From Octopus sinensis (taxonomy: Eukaryota): a stretch of DNA of 64,000 nucleotides. The first letter of the stretch is position 1; every line of letters begins with the position of its first letter. Below, one piece after another: positions 1-10,607 of the stretch. The DNA is taken from the NCBI RefSeq assembly GCF_006345805.1, contig NC_042998.1, positions 173,352,001 to 173,416,000 on the forward strand, in the 5' to 3' direction. Made by a program: the position numbers and the translations under genes. A model generated the notes under the pieces. The model saw nothing but the letters and a program-made list of their open reading frames with translations, had not been told where the DNA came from and made no database searches.

Positions 1-582
1 GATCATCTTAAATATATCTATTCCTTCAAAATACTTGTCACAGTCAGCAATAACATTTTCTAACCTCGAAACCTGTTCTCTGATATTCGAGATAAAAAAA
101 TGGGTATAGGCCGGTTTTTAAGAAGAAAAATGATTAGAATGCTGTTTCTACATTGTCCTTACTTCAAGAACGAATAACATTTATTAACTTTAAATTAAAT
201 ATATTGAATTTAATTCAGCTGTTTCAATCCATCAGTATGTTTTCAAAGGTCAAATGCATTAAAACATCTGATAAGTAGCAAGCTATAAATGTATGGCAGT
301 ACAGACCATACTATTGTGTACTGAGTCCTTTTTATAGGTGTATTTCTTTTACATTTATTCGAATTGATATGTGTGTACATGCACATGCATTTGTTTCACG
401 CGAGTGTGAGTGAGCATATGAATATAGGCACATGTACGTGGGTGTGCGCGCGCGCATGTGTATGTATGTACATGCACGCTTATGCGATTCCTATGAGCAT
501 TTTTATTTCCTTTTTCACTTTCTCCACTTAGGTTTTTTATCCTTATCTAATGGTCATTTCCATAGCATTTTTTGATTGCTTC

Positions 583-643
583 GATAACTGACGAGATATC
601 GGAGCAATTTACCGTCCCGATATCCGAAAATTGGAGTCTTATT
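583..643 (+). ncRNA. Degenerate type I hammerhead-like motif
   Basis: GATAA-CTGACGA-GATATCGG..CCGATATC (perfect 8-bp helix II)-C-GAAA-ATTGGAG-TC-TTATT. One extra C before GAAA and a mismatched helix III. Confidence 0.5.
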
Positions 644-674
644 ATGGCAACCGAGTAATTGTCACATATTATAT

Positions 675-711
675 TACACACACACACACAGACACATATA
701 TATATATATAC

Positions 712-798
<87 letters not shown>

Positions 799-853
799 GC
801 CTATCTCTCTACTACATCTATCTATCTATCTACCTATATATATATATATATAG

Positions 854-885
<32 letters not shown>
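675..885. repeat. Compound microsatellite (CA)n-(TA)n-(CTAT)n-(TA)n
   Basis: Direct reading; explains the ORF-track artefacts at 631-936. Confidence 0.95.
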
Positions 886-1070
886 CTAAGCAATAAGGGT
901 TTAGCAACGAATTGCCTTACCACATACCGAATTTAGAAATAGCAGTCAAAGGGTTATAGCTATTTCTTCTACTGAAAAGGGAGATCTCAGTAAAAACAGC
1001 AATTGGAAGGTGACACAAACAGGTAAGAGAGAATGAATTAACTGCAATCTATCAAACATTTTTAAAGTTA

Positions 1071-1177
1071 TCTACGGACGTACGTTTCGAAATCAAGTTT
1101 TTAGGAAAGCATAAGAATTAAATATTAAATATTAAATAATTCTATCTTACCGAAACTTCTTTTCTCTTCAGCGTAGA
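1071..1177 (-). ncRNA. Type I hammerhead ribozyme, copy 1
   Basis: Minus strand: TCTACG (stem I), CTGAAGA, helix II GAAA/TTTC plus AAGTTT/AAACTT, GAAA, CGTACG, T-C (GUC site), CGTAGA (stem I, perfect 6 bp). Predicted cut between 1077 and 1076. Confidence 0.85.
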
Positions 1178-1671
1178 ATACTATAATCATAAATGATTAT
1201 ATATTGAATTTTGAGATACTAGGAGGCACCAACTCAACTCAGTATCAGAGCGAGCTAGAATCCGCAACTAGTATCACCGAATTCAAATTTGTGAATGAAA
1301 CGATTGTGTCAACAGCCCCTTCCCACCCGCGTGTAGCCAAAACAAGATGCTGTGGTCATCTACTGAGATAAAATATGGTTATCCGTAATAATGAAGGGTG
1401 AAATTAATTAATTTGGAATAATTATCAATTACACCAAGTAGTCTTCGGCATGTAAAAGCCTCATTCGAGGAAAATTTAAGTAATACTAAGCAATAAGGGT
1501 TTAGCAACGAATTGCCTTACCACATACCGAATTTAGAAATAGCAGTCAAAGGGTTATAGCTATTTCTTCTACTAAAAAGGGAGATCTCAGTAAAAACAGC
1601 AATTGGAAGGCTGACACAAACAGGTAAGAGAGAATGAATTAACTGCAATCTATCAAACATTTTTAAAGTTA

Positions 1672-1778
1672 TCTACGGACGTACGTTTCGAAATCAAGTT
1701 TTTAGGAAAGCATAAGAATTAAATATTAAATATTAAATAATTCTATCTTACCGAAACTTCTTTTCTCTTCAGCGTAGA
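1672..1778 (-). ncRNA. Type I hammerhead ribozyme, copy 2
   Basis: Same sequence as copy 1 at offset +601; predicted cut between 1678 and 1677. Confidence 0.85.
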
Positions 1779-2272
1779 ATACTATAATCATAAATGATTA
1801 TATATTGAATTTTGAGATACTAGGAGGCACCAACTCAACTCAGTATCAGAGCGAGCTAGAATCCGCAACTAGTATCACCGAATTCAAATTTGTGAATGAA
1901 ACGATTGTGTCAACAGCCCCTTCCCACCCGCGTGTAGCCAAAACAAGATGCTGTGGTCATCTACTGAGATAAAATATGGTTATCCGTAATAATGAAGGGT
2001 GAAATTAATTAATTTGGAATAATTATCAATTACACCAAGTAGTCTTCGGCATGTAAAAGCCTCATTCGAGGAAAATTTAAGTAATACTAAGCAATAAGGG
2101 TTTAGCAACGAATTGCCTTACCACATACCGAATTTAGAAATAGCAGTCAAAGGGTTATAGCTATTTCTTCTACTAAAAAGGGAGATCTCAGTAAAAACAG
2201 CAATTGGAAGGCTGACACAAACAGGTAAGAGAGAATGAATTAACTGCAATCTATCGAACATTTTTAAAGTTA

Positions 2273-2377
2273 TCTACGACGTACTTTTCGAATCAAGTTT
2301 TTAGGAAAGCATAAGAATTAAATATTAAATATTAAATAATTCTATCTTACCGAAACTTCTTTTCTCTTCAGCGTAGA
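2273..2377 (-). ncRNA. Hammerhead ribozyme, copy 3, damaged
   Basis: CTGAAGA and stem I are kept, but the 3' half reads GAAA-AGTACG-T-CGTAGA: helix III C changed to A, one C lost at the cleavage site and one base lost in helix II. Confidence 0.6.
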
Positions 2378-2561
2378 ATACTATAATCATAAATGATATA
2401 TATTGAATTTTGAGATACTAGGAGGCACCAACTCAACTCAGTATCAGAGCGAGCTAGAATCCGCAACTAGTATCACCGAATTCAAATTTGTGAATGAAAC
2501 GATTGTGTCAACAGCCCCTTCCCACCCGCGTATATATATATGTATATATACATATATATAT

Positions 2562-2594
<33 letters not shown>

Positions 2595-2650
2595 GATATA
2601 TATATATACATATAATATATATATATATATATATAGGTAGATAGATAGAT

Positions 2651-2781
2651 ATTTCTGTCGAAGAGCTCCGCTGGAAACGTGAAATCCTTCTTTCTTTCTT
2701 TCCCGAGTGCCCAATAACAGTATACTTATTCCACGTCCTCGCGTTGTTGTGCTTTCTCTATGTTCATGTTTCGATTAACTA
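2651..2781 (+). mobile_element. Penelope-type terminal repeat fragment with decayed minimal hammerhead
   Basis: CTGTCGA-A-GAGC-TCC-GCTG-GAAACGT followed by a tract homologous to the reverse complement of 62197-62320; microsatellites on both sides. Confidence 0.55.
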
Positions 2782-3063
2782 CAAACACAAACACACACAC
2801 ACACACACACACCACACACACACACACACACCACACACACACACACACAAATATACATATATATAGACGTGGAATAAGTATAGTGTTACTGGACGCTAAG
2901 GAAAGGAAAGAAATTTGACATTGCTTTTCATTCTTTCTGGGTCGGTAAATTTATTTGTAGTTTAGTACTGGAGCCGATGTAATCGACTTACTCCTCTATC
3001 GAAATTTATGTTCTTGCACCACACTTTGAAACCAAATTATATATATATATATATATATAATAT

Positions 3064-3102
<39 letters not shown>

Positions 3103-3156
3103 GGATGCAAATTTTTGTGAATTTCCATCCTTGGATTATTATTATTATTATTATTA

Positions 3157-3192
<36 letters not shown>

Positions 3193-3351
3193 ATTTTTCA
3201 GACGTTATATCGGCATAGTTCGGTACCATCTCATAAAATGGCTGTTGTACGCGTCAATTACTAGGCGGTAGCCCGAATAATAGCATAGAAGCTTTATGTC
3301 CATGCACAAAAACGTTTACCGTAAACGAACATAGACGATATATAGTATACA

Positions 3352-4222
3352 CAGGATGCGGTTGGTAAATTGTCGCCATTTTATATTTAAAATTTTGCGC
3401 ATTCGCTTTCTTTGTTTTTAAGTTTGTCGACTACATAGTATAGTAGGGTCACTTGGAAACTGTCTGTGAGAAAAATTGCACCATGGCGCAATTCACTTTG
3501 ATAGAAATTGGGAAATGGCATGCTGTACTGCTTGGTATTCATGCTACTAGCTCCAATACGAACATTTCAGATTGTTTGGGTGTCAACTTTCGGACAGTGC
3601 AATCTGAGGACATCTACCGAGAGTGATAAAAATCAATCATCTAGTGAATGTGTTTGGAGTAATCATTAGCGATGGCGACGTTATAACCCCATTCATCTTC
3701 CCACACGGCCTCAGATTCAACACGGAAGTCTACATCAAGTGCCTGGTAGTGCTGTTCTTGGTCAAGAGACTGCTGGAAGACCTTATGTCTCGCAACAAGA
3801 CCGTATGCCATGCTACACTAGCAAAAGAACCCATTCATTGCTGTCAGATAATTTCTGTGAATGCACCACCCCTTACATCTGGCCACCTAACTACCCAGAT
3901 TGCAAATCCCTTAATTATGTTTGGGGGTGCAGCTGAGCGAGAGACCAACAGATCTCCTTGTAACACCAGAGATGAACTGACCGTAAGGATTATGGGACCA
4001 TTCACCAACATAAACAAGCAGACCGTCTAAAAGATTTGCAGGAGATTCCAAAGTCGTCTGGAGGCTGTGGTTGAAGACAATGGCCGTTTTATTGAATAAA
4101 TTAACTCTTTAGTATTTCCAGATATTTTAATGTAATTTTGGTAAATATACCTGGTAAAAGGAGACGTCAGTGCTATTTTCCTTTTTACGTAATTTAGACG
4201 ACAGTTTATTTACTACCCCCTG
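3352..4222 (+). mobile_element. Internally deleted, decayed Tc1/mariner (maT/DD37D-like) DNA transposon
   Basis: Imperfect TIRs CAGG..AAATTGTCG / CGACAG..CCCCTG followed by TA. Transposase relic AGRPYVSQQD..IWPPNYPDCKSLNYVWG and VFGVIISDGDV..FIFPHGLR. Confidence 0.8.
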
Positions 4223-4230
4223 TATATGAG

Positions 4231-4231
4231 T

Positions 4232-4283
<52 letters not shown>

Positions 4284-4303
4284 CAGCAGCAGCAGCAGCA
4301 GCA
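4231..4303. repeat. (GTA)n-(GCA)n trinucleotide microsatellite
   Basis: Direct reading. Confidence 0.95.
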
Positions 4304-4305
4304 GC

Positions 4306-4355
4306 CTCTGCTGACGATCCCGCAATTTTACAGACGAAACTAGTTTAGTCCAGTG
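4306..4355 (+). ncRNA. Degenerate type I hammerhead-like motif
   Basis: CTCTG-CTGACGA-TC..GA-C-GAAA-CTA GTT TAG-TC-CAGTG. Helix III has 4 bp and a GUC site; stem I has 3 bp, one mismatch and one more pair; helix II is weak. Confidence 0.5.
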
Positions 4356-4535
4356 TTCTAACTTCGCTTATTAGGCAGATATTTCCCCTCTCAGTATATG
4401 AAAATATGCTTTCTTACAGTTCTAAGGGTTTAACTCTTATTTCTAGCGATGTAACCAAGACATTATCCAGCAGCCTTGGTTACAATTAGTGATGATTAAA
4501 TTTTTCCGTTTTTATATTGCGTATATCTGTCTACG

Positions 4536-4568
<33 letters not shown>

Positions 4569-4587
4569 GGTATATACTATATCTATA

Positions 4588-4666
<79 letters not shown>

Positions 4667-5164
4667 ATATATATATATATATATACTTGAAGGTATATAC
4701 TATATCTATATTATATATATATATATATACATACATATGATTGTATATATGTATACTTGTAATTTATAGAACATGAAGCCAGAATACTTGCTACAGAGAT
4801 TTAAATGAATACCTTAAATGAAAATTCGGTGTTATTATTCTCTGAAGTAAACGGCATAAATAATTTGAGAATCTTCTTACTGATCTATTTCGGGATTTAT
4901 TCAGAGACGTAGAAGTGTTCTGTAGGCGCACAGAGAAGAGTCCTTTAATCCTTATATATAGCAGTAACTTATCAGATGATAACATTAACATTTCCCTTCA
5001 TTTGCATAACGTACGTTCGACAACCACGAAGAAAATTCAATAATGTTTATATAAAGAGTTGCATAATTCAAAATAACTGAAGCATCCATAATGTTATTTG
5101 AAAGCTTAGGCTTACAAATCCATATCTGTGGAGGTATCTACATTATGCAGGTTTCATAAACTTT

Positions 5165-5197
<33 letters not shown>

Positions 5198-6138
5198 GTG
5201 TGTATGTGTGTGTAGTGGATGTGCATATATGAATGAGTGTATGATAAAAGCGAAACAGCCGCGCATAAACATAATGCGAGTGTTAGATGCCCCTACGGCT
5301 ATATATGTAAATACATACATACATACATGCATGCATACATACGTGCATACATAGGACATGTATGATCAGTTACGAAGATTTGACTGTGTTTTAGTCAATC
5401 ATAGATAACCTTCTAGTGATTCCAATACCGTTCGCTATGCTCAGTCATCGAACCGTTAATTTACGCTCCTGCAGAAAATACACCAATTTTGTATAACAAT
5501 TAAAGCAGAGTTACATGGATACCTAGATGTACAACAGGATCCTGTATAGCTCCATTCAACTGGACTCACATTGCTTTTGTTAACATGCAAATATAGTTGA
5601 AATGCTTATGCTTAAGCTAGGTAGCCCACAATACAATTGAACCAGGAACTGCGCAGCTCTGTAGAGAATGTCTTACCGTGTTCATGTTATAATTGCATCC
5701 ATTTTATGTGCTTCTGCTTGGGTTATATCTCGCCTTTAATAACTGCTTCAAAATTGATGGGTTCCACCAACTGAACCTCACAAGGTTTTGTGTCCAATGC
5801 TCTACTGAGTTGTAATCTTTCCACCGCATGCATGTAGTCGTGTGTCTGTTTGTGTGTGTATGCGGTGCACGCGCGCGTGTGTGAGTGTGTGTGTGTGTGC
5901 TTGTGTGTTTGTGAAAGTATTTGGGTAACTGTGTGTATAAGTCTGTGTTTGGACAATTATGATCCCTGATAGTGTATATGTTTTCATTCATGTGCATTAA
6001 CTACAGCATTAGAATGCCTTAGCACTTATTTCTCTCAATGTAGGTGTTACCGAACACCCTAGTCACATTCAGTGACAGTTGTAATTCTCCTTTTGTGTGA
6101 AACATCTATTTTATATATATATATACATATATACATCC

Positions 6139-6214
<76 letters not shown>

Positions 6215-6420
6215 AATCTCTGAGCGAGGTATAAACAGTAGCTGCACGATATCGTGAAGTATATTTGCCACTTAAATGTGACTAACTCTTAAAGGTGGAT
6301 TCTACTGTAGCTTGTAGCCCCAGGAGGACACCTCCTCCAGCTGGCTATTGATACACTTTCTGAGCTCTATCAGTATTTGCAAAGGGAAGCCATCCTTTCC
6401 ATCTTCAATCTGACATGATA

Positions 6421-6465
6421 CACACGGACTCGAGTTTCTAGGTATTGGCCCGTCATCAGTGTGTG
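6421..6465 (-). ncRNA. Minimal type I hammerhead-like ribozyme
   Basis: CACACA-CTGATGA-C-GGG CCAATA CCT-A-GAAA-CTCGAG-TC-CGTGTG. GUC site; first stem I pair mismatched; C/A at the base of helix II. Confidence 0.65.
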
Positions 6466-6849
6466 ACAATCACCGATTGCCGATGAAAAGTGGGTTCCCT
6501 TTGCAAATATATATCCTTTTTTCCAGTGACGAAATGTCACTGATATCAAAAAAGTGTAAACAAGCACAGAAGTGCTTGTTTACTGATAGGGCAAAGAAAG
6601 TGTGTCAATAGCCAGCTGGAGGAGGTGTCCTCCTGGGGCTACATGCTACAGTATCATCCACCCTTAAGGGTTAGCCACATTTAAGTGTCAAATATACTTC
6701 AGGATGTCGTGCAGCTACTGTTTATACCTCGCTAAGAGATTTATTATTGCTTGTTTACACGTTGTCGATTTCAGTGACATTTCCTCACCGGAAAAAGGAT
6801 ATATATATTAGCAAAATGAACTTCCTTTTCATCGACAATGGGTGATTGT

Positions 6850-6894
6850 CACACGCTGATGACGGGTCAAAACCCAGAAACTCGAGTTCGTGTG
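6850..6894 (+). ncRNA. Minimal type I hammerhead-like ribozyme
   Basis: CACACG-CTGATGA-C-GGGT CAAA ACCC-A-GAAA-CTCGAG-TT-CGTGTG. Perfect 6-bp stem I, 4-bp helix II, palindromic helix III, GUU site. Confidence 0.7.
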
Positions 6895-7013
6895 TATCAT
6901 GTCAGATTGAAGATGGCTTCCCTTTGCAAATTCTGACACGTAAAGTGTATCAATAGTCAGCTGGAGGAGGGGTCCTCCTAGGGCTATAAGCTACTGTAGC
7001 ATCCACCCATATG

Positions 7014-7053
<40 letters not shown>

Positions 7054-7244
7054 CATGATTGTGTGTAAGAGTATATGCATATATGTTTGTGTGCATGCAT
7101 GTGCGTATATATGTATTTCTAAAATTCTGTGTGTATTCAAAATTTATGGCGAAAATAACTGATATACATGCATACATACACACAATGTACACACGCTCAC
7201 ACGTGCGCTCACACGTGTGCTCACACACGCTCAAACTCACACGC

Positions 7245-7309
<65 letters not shown>

Positions 7310-7778
7310 ATATATGGGTGTGTGTGTATAAATGTACTCATGCACACGTTTTGACAATTTGCGCATATATCTTGCAAAGTTGCTTATTTAAAAAAGAAAC
7401 GTCTGTAATTAACACATTAGTGTAGTGAAACGTGGAATGTCCTTTGATACGGTCATTCTCTAGGATAAAAAGAGAAACATCTTCTAATCAATGCGTGTAA
7501 GATACAACCTGGGTTATGAATGGTGTCAGTAGACTATAGGACATGCGATTCTTCATCGTCAACATTCATCATTGAGAGACACTGGACACTGTCTTTCATA
7601 AATTACTAAGGGAATGTGCTTGTATTGAAACACCGAATAATAAATTTGCTGGCGTGTGCAAATCTTCGTCAGTTATATAATTACATGGAAACTAAGCACA
7701 GATATTCGATTTAAAGCTTTGTACATTTATATTTAATATACTCGTGTCCTCTTAAACATATAATGCCCTTCCCTGCAG

Positions 7779-7836
7779 TAACTGTCTCGGGCGAGAAATT
7801 TTTATAGTGAAACGAGAGGAAGATATATCAAGCTGG
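7779..7836 (+). CDS. Candidate internal exon of an unidentified host gene (NCLGREIFIVKREEDISSW)
   Basis: cccttccctgcag acceptor, TGG|gtaaga donor, open frame, phase 2 to 0. Confidence 0.5.
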
Positions 7837-9019
7837 GTAAGAAGGATCTTATCGGACCGTAGGATACATTGTTCTTAAAATATATTCTCGCTTATACAAA
7901 TTTATCTTTATAATAAAGCAACGTGATTTATGTCTTTTCAAAGGTTTTTTGTATTTTTTTACTTCTCAAACAACCAACATTTATAAGTACAAACTTTTCA
8001 ATTTCACCTTATTCAATAATTGCGTTTCCATATTTAGAATGTATTTTGGTATTGTTCATTTAATGTACACAAATATGCTTTTGTTTTTTAACTTCATTTA
8101 TTCTCGCAATGCTTAACATGATTAGCCATTCTCACTATATCATATATATCATTAAGGTATATATAAATCAACTATTTTTAACTATTCTTCAGAAATGAAG
8201 ACTATTGTTTTTGCTCATAATATATTTTCAATTCAATTCATAAACATCAAACTTCAGTTATTTAATAATGCTCCTCAGATTTTTAGAGTGTTACTAATTT
8301 AGCATAATTCTGTATTGCCTCACATGTTTACAAAGTTAACTGCTTCAGATAACTGAATATTTACATGATTCATTAGCTGACCAATCCTACATTTGCTTTT
8401 ATCGAAATATGAAATCTTTTCGTTTTTGTTAACTTCGAAATTTGCGCCGCAGGAAGTTACTTAATATATAATTTCTAAATTGTTCTGTTATAGAAACTCC
8501 AGCTATGCCACACTCCTTTCATATTATTTTACTTTCTTCACTGTCTCATTATTTGGTGTCTTTGAAAGATAGCATTCTCACATGTTTTATCAACTGGTTC
8601 TGAAGAATACAGTGGTGAATTAAATAAATGTTTGACGTGAAACGATATTGCAACGAAGGGTAAATAAAGGTTTTCAGATTTGGAAATATATGAAAGTTGA
8701 GGTAAAATGTAAATTATGAGAGGAAAAAGAGCTAATATATTGATGAGGGATTGAAAAAATAGTTGATATATAAATATATCTATATGTTTATGGATTTGTT
8801 TTGCAAGATTGATATATTTTTGGGTGGTCACTTATTTTTATTATGCCAAATAAACATATGCGCTAGATATTCGTTCTTTACTCGTTTATTATTGTTCTCA
8901 TTTTGTCTTATGTCCACTATCTGGAAATCTTAAATCACACATCTGTGACCTCTTCAGCAACTCTTCCGTCAACGGGTTTTCACCTTTTCTGTTTAGTCCA
9001 TTAGTGAACATCTGTTAGT

Positions 9020-9610
9020 GTACGTGACCTGGGTATTATTATAAACAGCGGTCTGCAATGGATAAGCCACATTTCTAGGATTGTTAAAAGGCTGAGAGTG
9101 CCTTAGCATCACTCAGTAAGACCTTTGTCAACCCGTTTCCACCTGTCTACTTAAAGCTGTATGTGACTATGATACGTCCAAACAGTTTGCATCGCCAATC
9201 TTGAACTCCAATCTTGCTCAGTATATCAGTCTCCTGGAAACTGTTCGGAAACGTGCCATTAAACGTTGACCCACCATCAGGTATCTGCTATACTCTGAAC
9301 ATTTTGCTTCTCTGGGTATAAACACGTTAAAGCTCCGACGAATGGCAACTGACTTGGTAGACACCCACAAGATTAAACACTATCGTTCCAACAGCAACCT
9401 TGGGTACCTTTTTTAATTTCATATATCAACACTTGTGGACATGCTTACAAAATCAAAAGTAGCAACATAGTACTCATGACATTCGGAAACATTTTTTCAC
9501 GCTCAGAATTGCTGAAGCATGGAATAAACTACGTGCATCAGATGTTAGCTGTCGACACACTACATACTTCAAAACTACCATGCTTCTTGAAATTCACCAA
9601 CAGTACAGCA
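9020..9610 (+). mobile_element. Decayed CR1-clade LINE, RT C-terminal region and 3' end
   Basis: Frameshifted translation RDLGIIINSGLQWISHISRIVK..VYLKLYVTMIRP..LETVRKRAIKR resembles the CR1 RT C-terminus. Confidence 0.7.
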
Positions 9611-10040
9611 AAAGCCCCCCCCCGTTCCATTTTTTATTTAGTTTTAGTACACTTGGGCTCCGTATACATCAATTTCATTATTATTATTATTATATATTCT
9701 CACTCACAATTTTAGTCGGCGGTAACCAAGAATAGTTTTATTCTACCCGTGCGATTACTTCTTTGATATTGTTGTTCTTGTAGTTCTTGAACCCCTCTCC
9801 ATTAATCTGTCTTGTCTATCCCTCCCTCTCCTTTTTTCTTCTCTCTAAGCTTTCGATGTTCTCCTGAATGATTTCGATGGAGAGACTTTGTTGTTGGACC
9901 TTGAAAGGATCGACTGTGCATTCGCCAGCAATGTCTACTTACATTTCTGTTATTTATAAGGTGTTATAAATAGTATGTATTAGTTTTTCAGTTTGTTTAC
10001 ATTCTGCTTTGCATGGCACCACAAAAGACATTATTAAGCA

Positions 10041-10202
10041 TACCTACCTACCTTCCTACATACCTACCAACCTACCTACCTACCTACATACATACATACA
10101 TACATACATACATACATACATACATACATACATGCATACATGCATACATACATACATACATACATACATACATACATACATACATACATACATACATACA
10201 TA
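10041..10202. repeat. (TACC)n-(TACA)n tetranucleotide microsatellite
   Basis: Direct reading. Confidence 0.95.
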
Positions 10203-10562
10203 CGTATATGTACATATTTTGATATGTGTGTGTATCTCCTTTATATTACATAAAAATAGGCACTATTTGACCAATCAAAACTCATCATTAAAGTATCATA
10301 TTTCATGTTTACAAAAGAAACATTGACAGTGACGTCAAATTTTCGGTGTATTTGCCTTTCTTGTGTATGTGTAAGAAGTCTGAAATCTTATCAGGTTTAA
10401 CCTTGTGTTACTACATTGGATAGCACTCAGATAGTATCTGGAAGATTTTCTAGATTTAATTGGCTTTGCACATTATCACACAAAATTATCTTGTAACTGA
10501 TCAAAATGTAACAATTATTTATTTGCTTACTAACTACGAGTGCGTGATTAAAGATATTTTAG

Positions 10563-10607
10563 CTGTACCAGCTACGTGATGTTTTTATTAAATCTGCGTT
10601 GAGTGAA
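10563..10607 (+). CDS. Candidate exon (LYQLRDVFIKSALSE)
   Basis: attttag acceptor, GAA|gtgagt donor, 45 nt, open, phase 0 to 0. Confidence 0.5.

Larger units (their letters stand above)
884..2531 (-). mobile_element. Tandem array (about 2.75 copies of a 600-601 bp non-coding unit) with one hammerhead ribozyme per unit; retrozyme-like / non-autonomous Penelope-like element
   Basis: Units start with TACTAAGCAATAAGGG at 884, 1484 and 2085; the third unit stops at CCCACCCGCGT (2531). Copies 1 and 2 differ by one substitution and one 1-bp indel by eye. (TA)n lies directly on both flanks. No meaningful ORF. Confidence 0.85.
6211..7008. mobile_element. Fold-back plus tandem element of a roughly 350-bp monomer with two oppositely oriented hammerheads, in (TA)n
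   Basis: 6211-6375 is inverted at 6581-6745; 6376-6566 is inverted at 6748-6931; 6292-6359 is inverted again at 6942-7008. Perfect 12-bp hairpin GTAAACAAGCAC-AGAA-GTGCTTGTTTAC at 6556-6583. Confidence 0.85.

Noticed and set aside
884-2531. CRISPR array or LTR/TRIM reading (A-B-A-B-A) of the 600-bp repeat
   Set aside because: No unique spacers or cas genes; no TG..CA ends, PBS, PPT or target duplication. A simple tandem with partial ends fits better.
6211-7008. MITE or DIRS (ITR/ICR) interpretation of the inverted repeats, also considered for 28417-29053
   Set aside because: The repeats are not terminal-symmetric, there is a tandem second copy, and no tyrosine recombinase or RT traces were seen. 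Not fully excluded.
7625-7680. Minus-strand CTGACGA-A-GATTTGC..GCAAATT hammerhead half
   Set aside because: No GAAA or cleavage triplet follows helix II on that strand.
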